Positions 41,109 to 51,964 of a stretch of DNA of 64,000 bases are shown here, piece by piece. A program made the position numbers and the translations under genes. The notes below the pieces were generated by a model. That model searched no databases, was not told where the DNA came from, and saw nothing but the letters and a program-made list of their open reading frames with translations. Source of the DNA: Candidatus Binatia bacterium (GTDB lineage: Bacteria; Desulfobacterota; Binatia; Bin18); contig CAXXHG010000043.1 of assembly GCA_963666315.2 (NCBI GenBank), positions 128,001 to 192,000 of the forward strand, in the 5' to 3' direction. Within the stretch, counting starts at the first letter, position 1; every line of letters begins with the position of its first letter.

Positions 41109-42365
41109 TCATTCTCGAATCTGGCCGTCTCCGTATATGACATATTTGTACGTCGTAAGCTCGCGCAGACCCATTGGACCTCGAGCGTGCAGCCGATTGG
41201 TCGAAATTCCTACCTCGGCCCCAAAGCCGAACTCAAAGCCGTCGGTAAACCGTGTCGAAGCATTCGCATAGACGGTGGCAGAGTCCACTTCGCGTAGAAA
41301 TCGTCGCACACATGAATAGTCTTCACTCACAATGGCATCGGCCAGACCTGAACCATAGGTATTAATGAAGTCCACAGCCTCGTCGAGCGACAAGACAATT
41401 TTGACCGCAAGAATCTTATCCAGATATTCAGTCTGCCAGTCAGTCTCGGTTGCCGCTTTCACCTGAGGCGCTATCTGACGGGTGCGTGCACATCCGCGGA
41501 CTTCGACTCCCTCTTGTTCAAGTTTCGCAATGAACGCCGGGAGAAACTGCGCAGCGATCTGCTCATGCACAAGCAGGTTTTCCATGGCATTACACACCCA
41601 TGGTCGTTGGACCTTTGCATTTAGACAGATCTGATGTGCTTTTTTGAGATCAGCCGTGGCGTCCACATACGTGTGACACAAACCAGAGAAATGTTGAATC
41701 ACAGGAATAGACGATTGCCTGGTCACCGTACGGATCAACTCTTCACCGCCACGCGGAATGATTACGTCAATATAACGGTCTTGCTGGAGCAGGAAAGTAA
41801 CCGACTGCCGATCAGTCGACCGAACCAGTTGGACTGCGCCCTCGGGCAGTCCGGCCGCACTATATGCTTGGGACAGAATATCAACAATGGCGCCATTCGT
41901 CTCAAATGCCTCAGACCCCCCTTTTAAAACAACGGCATTGCCTGCTTTAAGGCACAGACCGGACGCATCGGCCGTCACATTCGGACGTGACTCGTAAATG
42001 ATGCCGACCACACCAAGGGGGACGCGGATTTGCCGGATCTCCAGCCCATTAGGACGATGCCAGGTGGAGATCGTTTCATCCACCGGATCAGGAAGATCGA
42101 CCATAATTTCAAGACCCTTGGCCATGGCATCAATGCGTGCTTCGTTCAGGCTGAGGCGATCCAGCATGGCCGAAGACAGGCCATTTTCTTGGCCCCGTGC
42201 GACGTCTTTGGTATTGGCGCTCAGCAAGGCTCCAGTCTGTTGCCGTAGCAGTTCGGCTGCTCCGAGGAGTGCTTTGTCTTTCGTTTGGGTTGACGTTGTT
42301 GCCAGCGTCCGCGCAGCTTTTTTCGCTGTCTGGGCTAATTCAACCACCATGTTTTCAAGGTCCAT
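41109..42365 (-). CDS. proA: Gamma-glutamyl phosphate reductase
   Basis: IYESRPNVT, VCNAME, NASTRFTDG, LHARGPMG. Confidence 0.96.
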   Translation of the reverse strand: MDLENMVVELAQTAKKAARTLATTSTQTKDKALLGAAELLRQQTGALLSANTKDVARGQENGLSSAMLDRLSLNEARIDAMAKGLEIMVDLPDPVDETISTWHRPNGLEIRQIRVPLGVVGIIYESRPNVTADASGLCLKAGNAVVLKGGSEAFETNGAIVDILSQAYSAAGLPEGAVQLVRSTDRQSVTFLLQQDRYIDVIIPRGGEELIRTVTRQSSIPVIQHFSGLCHTYVDATADLKKAHQICLNAKVQRPWVCNAMENLLVHEQIAAQFLPAFIAKLEQEGVEVRGCARTRQIAPQVKAATETDWQTEYLDKILAVKIVLSLDEAVDFINTYGSGLADAIVSEDYSCVRRFLREVDSATVYANASTRFTDGFEFGFGAEVGISTNRLHARGPMGLRELTTYKYVIYGDGQIRE

Positions 42366-42446
42366 GACGTCTCTCCTTACTCAGAGCACTCAGTTTTCAG
42401 GATTCAGCCTTTTTGCAGGCCGTCTAGCTGAGCGCTGAAAGCTTCT

Positions 42447-43592
42447 TTACAGCAATGCCAGATCGTCACGATGAATGACCTCATCGCTCACCTTATAACC
42501 AAGGGTAGTCTCAATTTGGCTGGTATGGATACCCTTAATCTGCAGGAGCGCCCGTGCGCTATAGTTTACTAATCCGCGCGCAAACTCACTGCCGTGTTCG
42601 TCCAGACATGTGACGCAGTCGCCTTCTTCAAACATTCCCCGCACTTCACGTACGCCTGCCGGCAACAGGCTCCGGCCATCCCGTCGGATTGCAGCAGCAG
42701 CACCTGCGTCAAGACAGAGTGAGCCAGTCGGTTTCAGTATGTACGTAATCCAATGTTTACGACTTGCGATCCGGTCCGAAACCGGCAGGAATAGGGTGCC
42801 GATTTCTTTCTTTGGATCAAAGATCCAAGACAGCACCCCTTCCTGGCGACCGTCGGCAAGAATAGATGGAATTCCGTACTGGGCCGCTTTTTGGGCTGCT
42901 TCAAGTTTTGAGGCCATACCGCCGCGGCCTAGGGGGCCGGCCTCGCCGCATTGGACCATCAACCGTTCATCGATGTGTTCCACACATGCAATGCGCCTCG
43001 CCTGCTCATCCACACGTGGATCTGTTTCGTACAGACCGGCAACATCGCTTAACATAACCAGCAGATCCGCTTCAATCAGAACCGCAACCTGGGCTGATAA
43101 ATTGTCATTATCACCAAACTGGATTTCTTCGACCGCAACCGTGTCATTCTCATTCACGATAGGTAGCACTCCGGCCTCGATTAATGTCAGCATGGTGTGC
43201 TTCGCGTTCAAATAACGCCTGCGATTGGCCAGATCATCATGGGTTAAGAGGATCTGACCAACACGGATGTGTTGCGCGGAAAAGCACTCTTCATACAGCG
43301 CCATCAAGGTGATTTGTCCAACCGCAGCCGCCGCTTGCTTGGCAGGAATGGTCCGCGGACGCTCTTTCATTTTGAGTTCGCCCATCCCAGCGGCAACGGC
43401 TCCTGATGTCACAAGGACAATCTCTGTACCGGCAGCATGTAGGACTGATAGATCTGTGACCAGCTGGGCGATGCGTGCCTTGTGTACACCGCCAACGTCG
43501 GATAGCACACTGCTCCCGATCTTCACCACAATACGACGAATGTTGTCGAGGATACGGGACTTATGCCGGAGTTGGGCATGTTCTTGACTCAT
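42447..43592 (-). CDS. proB: Glutamate 5-kinase
   Basis: VKIGSS, NENDTV, FGDND, GGMASK, PUA domain. Confidence 0.96.
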   Translation of the reverse strand: MSQEHAQLRHKSRILDNIRRIVVKIGSSVLSDVGGVHKARIAQLVTDLSVLHAAGTEIVLVTSGAVAAGMGELKMKERPRTIPAKQAAAAVGQITLMALYEECFSAQHIRVGQILLTHDDLANRRRYLNAKHTMLTLIEAGVLPIVNENDTVAVEEIQFGDNDNLSAQVAVLIEADLLVMLSDVAGLYETDPRVDEQARRIACVEHIDERLMVQCGEAGPLGRGGMASKLEAAQKAAQYGIPSILADGRQEGVLSWIFDPKKEIGTLFLPVSDRIASRKHWITYILKPTGSLCLDAGAAAAIRRDGRSLLPAGVREVRGMFEEGDCVTCLDEHGSEFARGLVNYSARALLQIKGIHTSQIETTLGYKVSDEVIHRDDLALL

Positions 43593-44632
43593 GGCCCTGG
43601 CGCCTCTGATTCTTGTGCGACGTCAGCCTCGCGTCGACACTGTTCCAGCAGACGGACAATTTCCCTCAGCAGTTCCTGCTTCCCCTCCCCAGTCGCAGCA
43701 GAAATGAGATGTAATTTTTTCTCATGCTGCGTAAAAGCCTGCTGAGCCTCAGGGAAACGTTCTCGCGTGATCGTCAAATCCGCCTTGGTCACCACCACAA
43801 GCTGCGGCCGCAGAGCAAGAGCACTATCAAAAGCGTCTAGTTCACGATTGATGACCGTATAGTCTTCATATGGGTTACGTTCTGGGTCAGAGATATCAAT
43901 AAGATGGACCAGGAGAGAAGTCCGTGAAAGATGGCGCAGAAAACGTACTCCAAGCCCATGTCCGGTATGTGCACCTTCAATGAGCCCCGGCACGTCAGCC
44001 ATGACAAAAGACCCTTCATCTGCATAGCGCACAACACCCAGGTTCGGAGTAAGCGTCGTAAAGGGGAAGTCGGCCACACGCGGACGTGCCGCAGAAACAG
44101 CGGATATCAGCGTCGATTTCCCCGCATTGGGAAACCCGACCAAACCAACATCGGCGAGTAACCGCAGTTCAAGTTGGAGTAGCCGCGTCTCTCCAATCAG
44201 ACCCGGCTGGGCAAATCGCGGGGCACGGTTTGTTGAGCTGGCGAAAAAGGCATTCCCTTTTCCGCCTTTTCCACCGTGCGCTACGACAACTTCTTCTCCT
44301 ACGGTTCGCAGATCAGCGAGTATTTCTCCGCTCTCGGCATCACGGGCAATCGTTCCCGGAGGCACCAGAAAAACCGACGCCTGCGCATTTTTCCCATGTT
44401 GGTCCTTCCCACGTCCATGTCCCCCGCGTGCCGCCCGGGCGTGGTGGCGGTGCGCCAGATCAAGCAGAGTATTGCGCTGAGGGTCAACACGCAGGATGAC
44501 ATCTCCGCCGTTGCCACCATTACCACCATTCGGCCCCCCCCAGGGACGAAATTTCTCACGCAGAAAGCTGACGCAGCCCCGCCCGCCATCGCCCGCTTTG
44601 ACCGTCATTGTGACTTCATCGACGAAGTGCAT
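43589..44632 (-). CDS. obgE: GTPase ObgE
   Basis: Gly-rich Obg fold, GFPNAGKST, DVPG, TKAD. Confidence 0.96.
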   Translation of the reverse strand: MHFVDEVTMTVKAGDGGRGCVSFLREKFRPWGGPNGGNGGNGGDVILRVDPQRNTLLDLAHRHHARAARGGHGRGKDQHGKNAQASVFLVPPGTIARDAESGEILADLRTVGEEVVVAHGGKGGKGNAFFASSTNRAPRFAQPGLIGETRLLQLELRLLADVGLVGFPNAGKSTLISAVSAARPRVADFPFTTLTPNLGVVRYADEGSFVMADVPGLIEGAHTGHGLGVRFLRHLSRTSLLVHLIDISDPERNPYEDYTVINRELDAFDSALALRPQLVVVTKADLTITRERFPEAQQAFTQHEKKLHLISAATGEGKQELLREIVRLLEQCRREADVAQESEAPGP

Positions 44633-44691
44633 ATTTGAGATAGCCTGTTAATATTTTTGACTTAATTGGACTGAGACATGCAGTATCCCAA

Positions 44692-44718
44692 AATAAAAAA
44701 AGCCCCGGACGGGGCTCT
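44692..44718 (-). terminator. Rho-independent terminator after rpmA
   Basis: AGCCCC-gtcc-GGGGCT followed by a T run on the minus strand. Confidence 0.75.
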
Positions 44719-44756
44719 TCAGACAAACACGCATTCTCGACTATGCACTCAGCACC

Positions 44757-45011
44757 CTACTGAGGATAAACGCTCACCCGTTTACGAGTCTTGCCCATGC
44801 GCTCATAACAAATGACGCCAGCAATCTTTGCAAATAGGGTATAGTCCCGGCCCATGCCGACATTCGTGCCCGGAAAAATACGCGTACCAAGCTGGCGTAC
44901 AATGATGCTGCCCGCTTTTGCCGCCTGTCCGCCAAAAAGCTTTATCCCACGGCGTTGGCCTGGGCTATCACGGCCATTCCGGGTCGACCCCTGTCCTTTT
45001 TTATGTGCCAT
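44757..45011 (-). CDS. rpmA: 50S ribosomal protein L27
   Basis: [16 protein letters not shown]. Confidence 0.97.
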   Translation of the reverse strand: MAHKKGQGSTRNGRDSPGQRRGIKLFGGQAAKAGSIIVRQLGTRIFPGTNVGMGRDYTLFAKIAGVICYERMGKTRKRVSVYPQ

Positions 45012-45014
45012 GGA

Positions 45015-45344
45015 TTATCCCTCCAATCCTCCGAGGTTGATCGCCTTGACCTGTACTGCAGTAAAAAGCTGTCGATGGCCACGTTTACGACGATAGGCTT
45101 TGCGGCGTTTCTTTTTAAACACAATGATTTTTCTCTCTTTCCCGTGCTCGACAAGACGAGCAGTCACAGAAGCGCCAGGAACGAGCGGCGTGCCAACCTG
45201 AATGTTTCCATCAGCAGATGTCAGCAGGACATCCGAGAACGTAATATCGCCCCCGACTTCACCGGGGAGCGACTCTACACGCAGGAGTTCTCCTTGCGTG
45301 ACTCGGTATTGTTTTCCACCAGTACGAATAACTGCGTATGACAT
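45015..45344 (-). CDS. rplU: 50S ribosomal protein L21
   Basis: [11 protein letters not shown]...GHRQ. Confidence 0.97.
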   Translation of the reverse strand: MSYAVIRTGGKQYRVTQGELLRVESLPGEVGGDITFSDVLLTSADGNIQVGTPLVPGASVTARLVEHGKERKIIVFKKKRRKAYRRKRGHRQLFTAVQVKAINLGGLEG

Positions 45345-45376
45345 CCTTCGTTACCTACGCGAGCCCGTTTTGTGTG

Positions 45377-45793
45377 TCAACTCCCGAGCTTGTTTGCATC
45401 GCCGGTGAGAGCCTGTCTGATCGCATCGAGAATGGGCTGTGGACGGTCACGGTGATCAACAAAAACGGCAGTAATAGCCCCACTGACACAGCGTTTTTCT
45501 TCCCGATAAATTTCTCCGGCAAACGTGATCGACGTAGTGCCTATCCGTTCGACCCACACCTTGACAGCAATCTGTTCGTCAACATACAGCGGGGCGTAGA
45601 AAGTTGCCGAAACATTCACCCGAGGCAGACCGGATATTTTTCGGTGATCAGACAAGGGGAAACCGGCTTGTCTCGTGAGTTCCCATTCGGCCGTCTCGAA
45701 ATAGCGGAACGCCGCCGTGTAGTGAATGCGGCCGGAGGCATCGGTATCGACCCAGCGAACACGGAGTTTCTCAGTATGAGAGCGCATAGTCAA
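45377..45793 (-). CDS. Acyl-CoA thioesterase (4HBT/YbgC family)
   Basis: VRWVDTDASGRIHY hotdog motif. Confidence 0.88.
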   Translation of the reverse strand: MTMRSHTEKLRVRWVDTDASGRIHYTAAFRYFETAEWELTRQAGFPLSDHRKISGLPRVNVSATFYAPLYVDEQIAVKVWVERIGTTSITFAGEIYREEKRCVSGAITAVFVDHRDRPQPILDAIRQALTGDANKLGS

Positions 45794-45901
45794 CCAAAAG
45801 TGGTAATAACCGGCCTAGTGCATTACCTCAGGCGGGCTGCAGTATGAAAGGATATCGTAGCATGACATGAGACAAAATGGGACAAAACGGGGAGAGCAGG
45901 G

Positions 45902-47428
45902 TTAGGAGTTACGCATGCGGGCCACCGATGTACGCGCAGCAGCCTGACGGAGGGGGACGGCCGAATACGTTCGGCTGGCCGGCTCGTTGTGTACACTGAG
46001 CGCAGCCAGATATTCTTCTAACTTCTTTGTGATCGCGGCGATCTGTGGATCAAGCGGCTTTGGCGCTCTCTCTTTTTGTCGTGCGACTACCCTTTTTGTA
46101 GGCAGCTTCGCTTTTAACGGATTGATATACTTCCCGTTTTTATGTAACTCAAAATGGAGATGCGGACCAGTCGCCGTCCCGGATGATCCAACCTGGCCGA
46201 TGATCTGGCCTCTTTTCACAATACTCCCGACTTTCACACCCCTCCGAATACGTTGCAAATGTGCATAGGCCGAACTATACGGTCCCGCATGGGCGATCCG
46301 AATAAATCGGCCGTAGGCCCCTTGCCAACCCGCTTTCGTAATAGTCCCATTTGCTACCGCACGTACGGGTGTTCCCGCTGGCGCGGCAAAATCTACGCCA
46401 CGATGCGGACGCTTTTGTTTATAAATAGGGTGAAACCGGGCGTCGGTGAAGACGGATGAAATCCGGGTGTAGCGGACGGGGTAGCGCAAGAACTGTGCCC
46501 CTCTTCCTGTCCACTGAGAGTTGGCGTCTTCTTCGGCTCCAACACAAAACATCGCATATGTCTTGCCTTTATTCACAATTTCAGCAGCCAGGACTTTTCC
46601 ATAGCCAAGAATTTTTCCATCAGCCTGGAGCTCCTCAAAAATGATCTTAAACACCGCTCCGGGCTGAAGCTCGGAAGAAAGATCGAGATCCCAATCCATA
46701 TCTGCTAAATCATCAATAATGCGAGCCGGTACACCCATTCTCGTTGCCGTCTGGTACAGACTGCCCCGGATACGTCCGCCAACCGCTCGCCACACAAGCG
46801 TCGTCGGTACCGTCTCGACCCGCGACTCAATCCGTCCGTTCTCACCCCGCTCAAGAACGAGCAGTGAGCGTTTATTGATATCGTACGAAACGGTCCGAAG
46901 GGTTGGGTTCCCGTGTTGGTCGTAATCGTACGAGAGCGTCATGGCGTGCCGGAGTTGCAAACGCCGGAGTTCGCTCATTTTCCGTGCTGCATCGATCCAT
47001 ACAGCCATCTGTTTGCGCGGGAGTCCCGCTTTTTTCAGAATAGTTGCAAGCGTTTCATTCCGTTTGATGAAATGTACCGTTTGACGCACTTCTGGCGTCG
47101 GAGCAGCAGGCTGGGCAGGCGAGAAGATAACGACACTGACAGACTTCTCCTCCTCACCCCCGGCTTGTACGAGAGCGTCGACTTCTGAATTCCAGATCGG
47201 CTCCTCGACAAGGTCCGCTCTCTTCTGGATCTCACTCAAGCGTCGTTCGAGCTGAGCAATGATTTCATTTTTTGCAAGTGTAGGGTCAAACGCAGAACTT
47301 GCCGCCCGAACAACAAAGCCGAGAAAACACAGCACAAGAATAGGGGCAATAATCAGAACCTGAACTTGGCCGTTCTGGTGCGCTAGAAGCGCGCGTCGCG
47401 TCCCTCGAAAATACCCCATACCACTCAT
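45902..47428 (-). CDS. M23 peptidoglycan DD-metalloendopeptidase (MepM-like)
   Basis: HRGVDFAAP, YAHL, TGPHLHFE; N-terminal TM. Confidence 0.92.
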   Translation of the reverse strand: MSGMGYFRGTRRALLAHQNGQVQVLIIAPILVLCFLGFVVRAASSAFDPTLAKNEIIAQLERRLSEIQKRADLVEEPIWNSEVDALVQAGGEEEKSVSVVIFSPAQPAAPTPEVRQTVHFIKRNETLATILKKAGLPRKQMAVWIDAARKMSELRRLQLRHAMTLSYDYDQHGNPTLRTVSYDINKRSLLVLERGENGRIESRVETVPTTLVWRAVGGRIRGSLYQTATRMGVPARIIDDLADMDWDLDLSSELQPGAVFKIIFEELQADGKILGYGKVLAAEIVNKGKTYAMFCVGAEEDANSQWTGRGAQFLRYPVRYTRISSVFTDARFHPIYKQKRPHRGVDFAAPAGTPVRAVANGTITKAGWQGAYGRFIRIAHAGPYSSAYAHLQRIRRGVKVGSIVKRGQIIGQVGSSGTATGPHLHFELHKNGKYINPLKAKLPTKRVVARQKERAPKPLDPQIAAITKKLEEYLAALSVHNEPASRTYSAVPLRQAAARTSVARMRNS

Positions 47429-47553
47429 GCACCTGATATAATGTTACCAGAAAGTGCCTGTAGAATGCATAAAAGTCAAGCAACCAAGAGTCTGTTTTCG
47501 TTTCACGAACACGACATTGTCCCGACCCCAGACCGATGGTAGGTTGAGCTGTA

Positions 47554-48552
47554 GTGAAAAAGGCCCTGCTTCTTGTTGCCTGTCTTATTACCGGCGTCAG
47601 CGGACTGGCCGCCTATGACGTCTACCAATTTCTCGTCACCCCAGGCCCTTCTTTACCCGAGCCGACTCGCATTGTTATTTCCCCGGGCAGTAGCCTTCAA
47701 AAAACAGCCAACCTCCTGGTTTCTGAAGGTATTCTGGCACATGTTCAACCATTCTGCCTCTGGGCGCAGTTCACTGGTCAAGACAGGCAAATCAAAAGCG
47801 GAGAATATGTCCTCTCGACGCCGCTGACTCCGCGTATATTGCTTGATACGCTGACGCGCGGACAGGTCACGCATCACGTTGTAACCATCACAGAAGGAAT
47901 GACGCTCAAACAGATTGCGAGCAAATTGGAAGCGCAAGGATTCGGTCCGCAGGAAAGCTTTCTTGCCCTGAACACTGACCGGCAGTTTCTGGCTCAGTGG
48001 AACCTGCAATCACACGGTCTGGAAGGCTATCTCTACCCTGATACCTATTTTTTTTCGAGACACACCACACCGGCAGACATACTGGGGCGCATGCTTACCC
48101 GCTTGCACGAAGTCTTTAGTCCAACACTACGCCACAAGGCGAAAGAGCACGGGCTGTCTCCACATCAAACTCTGACCCTGGCCTCTCTGATTGAAAAAGA
48201 GACGGGAGCGGCTTCTGAACGCCCTCTCGTTGCCGCAGTCTTTCACAATCGGTTGCAAAGGGGAATTCCGCTTCAGTGCGATCCGACCGTAATATACGGT
48301 ATTGCCGACTTTGACGGTAATATCACTCGTCGCCATTTACGCACCCCAACCCCGTATAACACCTATCTCTTCACCGGCCTGCCACCTGGCCCTATTGCCA
48401 ATCCCGGGCTGGCATCCATTCAAGCTGTGCTCTCCCCGGCCAAAAAGGACTATCTATATTTTGTTGCCAAAGGGGACGGCACCCACGTCTTTTCATCACG
48501 GCTCGCCGACCACAATCGTGCGGTGCGTCGGTTTCAAAAACGCCGCTCTTAA
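47554..48552 (+). CDS. mltG: Endolytic transglycosylase MltG
   Basis: LEGYLYPDTY, LASLIEKET, LQCDPT, PYNTY, GLPPGPI. Confidence 0.95.
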   Translation: MKKALLLVACLITGVSGLAAYDVYQFLVTPGPSLPEPTRIVISPGSSLQKTANLLVSEGILAHVQPFCLWAQFTGQDRQIKSGEYVLSTPLTPRILLDTLTRGQVTHHVVTITEGMTLKQIASKLEAQGFGPQESFLALNTDRQFLAQWNLQSHGLEGYLYPDTYFFSRHTTPADILGRMLTRLHEVFSPTLRHKAKEHGLSPHQTLTLASLIEKETGAASERPLVAAVFHNRLQRGIPLQCDPTVIYGIADFDGNITRRHLRTPTPYNTYLFTGLPPGPIANPGLASIQAVLSPAKKDYLYFVAKGDGTHVFSSRLADHNRAVRRFQKRRS

Positions 48553-48554
48553 AC

Positions 48555-50070
48555 ATGGATAACCTGGACAAGTTGTCACAACTCATCGCAAGCACACGCT
48601 ACCGCGCGCTCCAACAGCGACGCGTGAATACGCTGGGGTTTTTCCTGCCCTTGGGGGTCGCGCTCTTTTTCCTCGCCGATGTCCTTTTGTACAGCTTTTC
48701 CCTGCCCAGTGTGTTTGCTTTGATTCTGCCGCTGATCGTCCTGTGCTTCATGCTGAACTCCCTCAGGCGTGATAAAAAGACTGTTCGTCAAGAAACAATT
48801 GCCACCCTTCTAGATGAAAAAACGGATGGCAAGGAACGCTTTCTCACGCTGGTGACCCTGCCACCCTCACGTCCCTCAGAATATCCGGATGCCTCAGCCT
48901 CTTTCTTGACTCAACTCCGGAGCGAGGCGGCCCGTAAAGCCGCTTTTTTTCGTGCCCGAGCGCGACCTGCCCTTCCAGCTCGATAGACGCGTTCCCGTAG
49001 CCTTTTTGGGTGCTGTTCTCAGTGGCATTCTCCTTTTCTTTTTACCAATGGGAGATGCAGCCCGGGGAGACGCGGCCTCAGTCCCACATTCAGCCCCTAG
49101 CCCAGAGGCGCTCATACAGAACATTGAGGATATCGCTCGCAATCTTTTGCGTCCGCAGTCTACGCCTGAGGCGCAAAAAACCGGAGCACAGCTGCTTGTG
49201 TTAACTCAAAAACTGAAAGATCCCGCCTTCACCCCACAACAACAAATACGGCTTATCGACGAGGCCCAGAAACGGATGAACCTGCCCGTATCGATACCCC
49301 AGATTCTTCCCATAGATCTCAAACTCTTTGGGAGCGACAGCCCGCAAAGAGACGACCCGGGAAATCAGGGCGACACACCCCAACCGGAGAATCAGCCGCT
49401 TGCCAAGGCGAATGAAAACCTGGAGCAGCTCAAGCAGGCGCTGTCTGCTGATCAAGGAAACGAGCCACAACAGGGCGCCCAAAACCAGGATCAACAAAAC
49501 CAAGAGCAGCAAGATCAATCAGACAAACAAGAGCAGCAAAATAAAAAACCTCAAACAAAAGAATCCGGCGGCGGGATTAAATTCGACCAGCCCCAGCAAA
49601 AGACCGGGCAAAAACAGTCTGAGCAGAACTCTTCGGATCAACAGCAACAATCAACTCAGCAGCCCGACAAGCAACACAGCCCGTCAGGGGTCGATCCTCG
49701 AAAAGCCGGCCAAGAGTCACAGCGCCAGGCCACTCAAAACGCCGGCGCTGGCCAACAACCTCAACAGCCCTATCCATCGGGACAGCAGCCAAAAAACCAG
49801 ATCGGAAAAGCAAGCGGGCAGGGCAAGGGCGAGCGTTTTTACAAAAAAGGCGAGCAGCCGGGTGGATTCCTGACCAAAGATGCCCGGTTTGTCAAAGTCC
49901 GCATTCCAACTGGCCTTGAAGCGGATGCAGGCAGTACGCAGCGAACGGAGAATGCCAGCCAGGCTGTCCCCACCATCCCGTACAGCAATGCACCACTTGC
50001 TGACCGCCTGGAAGAAGAAAACGCACCGCAGCAACCCATTCCACTCGAATATCGAGCCATTCTACAGTAG
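48555..50070 (+). pseudogene. Membrane protein with Q-rich linker, split by a +1 frameshift
   Basis: TM pair, KERFLT, T7 run at 48944-48950 (T6 restores the frame), third TM, Q/N-rich region, C-terminal IPLEYR. Confidence 0.7.
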
Positions 50071-50077
50071 GAGAACC

Positions 50078-51096
50078 ATGCCATCATTGTCATCATTGCC
50101 ATCACCAGAAAGACGCGTTGGAAATTTTCGGCAGCTTTTTACGGCGATCGAAGAAGAAATCGGCCGGGTTATCGTGGGTCAACATGGTGTCGTGCGTAAG
50201 ATCTTGACCGCCTTTTTTGCCGGTGGGCATGTCTTGATTGAAAGCGTCCCCGGCTTGGGCAAGACCTTAATGGCCAAGTCGCTGAGCCAAACGCTTGCAC
50301 TCAGCTCGAAACGGATTCAGTTCACTCCAGACCTCATGCCATCCGATATTGTCGGCACCCAAGTGCTGTCCGAAGGAGCGGACGGTCGGCGCTATTTCGA
50401 ATTCAAACCCGGACCAGTCTTTGCCAATATCCTGTTAGCAGACGAAATTAACCGGGCAACGCCCAAAACACAGTCCGCCCTGCTCGAAGCCATGGAGGAG
50501 CAGCAGGTCTCAGTTTTTGGCGAGACACATATTCTCACCCCACCCTTTCTTGTCCTCGCAACCCAGAACCCGGTTGAGATCGAAGGCACCTACCCCCTCC
50601 CCGAAGCGCAGCTCGACCGCTTTCTGTTGAAGCTCGTCATCCATTCTCCAACCGCAGACGAACTGACAGAGATTCTTGCCCGGACAACAACAGAGGCCCA
50701 GTATACGATCGCTCCAGTTCTTTCTACAGACTCTGCACAATCGGTGGTGGCAGAGATGCAGGACCTCGTCGCGAAGTCCTGCTCGCTCCGCCACTCAGCC
50801 GTTATATTGCCAGGCTGATTGAAGCCGCAACTCCAGCCAATACCAATGCACCTATCCCTGAGGTTGCGCAGTATCTCCGCTATGGACCCAGTCCGCGTGG
50901 GGCTCAGGCACTCGCATTAGGCGCGAAAGTCAACGCGCTGCTCGATGGACGGGTGCATGTGAGTTTTGAGGACATTACGGATGTCGCCCTGACGGCCTTG
51001 CGACATCGCTGTCTGTTAAATTTTCAAGCAGAGGCGGAAAGCATTACCCCCGACCAGATCATTGAATTACTCCTGAAAAAGGTTGCAAAAAAATAA
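50078..51096 (+). pseudogene. MoxR family AAA+ ATPase, frameshifted
   Basis: VPGLGKT, IQFTPDLMPSD, DEINR, EAQLDRF; shift near 50770 then YGPSPRGAQAL...LRHR to TAA at 51094. Confidence 0.88.
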
Positions 51097-51252
51097 TTCG
51101 AAGCCTCATCCCAGCCTCGCTGTCCCAGTATTTTTCTTTTTCTACTGTGGCCCGCCACAGGCACGCCCGTGGCGCGGTTGCTTTCCTTGCCCCTCTTCTG
51201 CTTTTCCGATAGCAGTAGTTCTACTCTACTGAGCAAGGGAGACCACGCCGCT

Positions 51253-51921
51253 ATGGATCTTATCCACGCCGTCTTTGAGCCAGAGGGAGAAGGTCCGCAC
51301 CCGACGATAATTGCGCTGCACGGGTGGGGGGCGAATGCCCTCGACTTGCTTGGCCTTGCGCCACATTTGTGTCGGGGGCAATTTCTGGTTGTGTGTCCAC
51401 AAGGCCCACTCCAGGTTCCGCTCGGCCCGAATATGGTCGGTCATGGCTGGTTTCCGATTACGGCAGGAGGACCGATTGACCTGCAGGCCGTGTTGACTGC
51501 TCGGGAAGCAATTCGAGCATTCGTGGACAGTGCGCTCAAGCGCTATCCGATCGATAGCAAGAAACTCAGTGTGCTCGGCTTCAGCCAAGGCGGCGTCATG
51601 GGCTACAGCTTGGCCCTGGGCGAGCCGGAACGCTTTGCCGGTCTGGCCTGCCTCAGTTCGTGGTTACCCAAAGATATGCTGACAGTATTGCCGGACGTGC
51701 CGGCGACCGAGCAGCTTCCAGTGCTGGTCCAGCATGGCAGTCGAGACGAACTGGTTGATGTAGGACGCGCGCGCCAGTCAGTTGAAACCCTGCGCGATGT
51801 AAAAGCGCCGGTCACGTACCGTGAGTATGACATGGGCCACGAGATCAATGCCCAGAGCTTGACCGGCCTATCGAACTGGCTCCAAGAAAAGGTCTTGTCC
51901 CCGATTACGCTCGCGTCGTGA
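51253..51921 (+). CDS. Phospholipase/carboxylesterase
   Basis: LHGWGAN, GFSQGG, HGSRD, MGHEI. Confidence 0.92.
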   Translation: MDLIHAVFEPEGEGPHPTIIALHGWGANALDLLGLAPHLCRGQFLVVCPQGPLQVPLGPNMVGHGWFPITAGGPIDLQAVLTAREAIRAFVDSALKRYPIDSKKLSVLGFSQGGVMGYSLALGEPERFAGLACLSSWLPKDMLTVLPDVPATEQLPVLVQHGSRDELVDVGRARQSVETLRDVKAPVTYREYDMGHEINAQSLTGLSNWLQEKVLSPITLAS

Positions 51922-51935
51922 AGCATCGTGAAGCT

Positions 51936-51964
51936 GCGCCCGGGTGAGGCAACCGCGCCCCTAC
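51936..51964 (-). repeat. REP-like GTAG palindrome overlapping a stop codon
   Basis: GTAGGGGCGCGGTTGCCTCACCCGGGCGC between convergent genes. Confidence 0.5.

Noticed and set aside
42375-42445. TCAG/CTGA short repeats between proB and proA
   Set aside because: Too short and degenerate to support a MITE or RNA call
49380-49830. CAG/CAA-rich low-complexity tract as a repeat element
   Set aside because: Explained by the Q/N-rich protein linker
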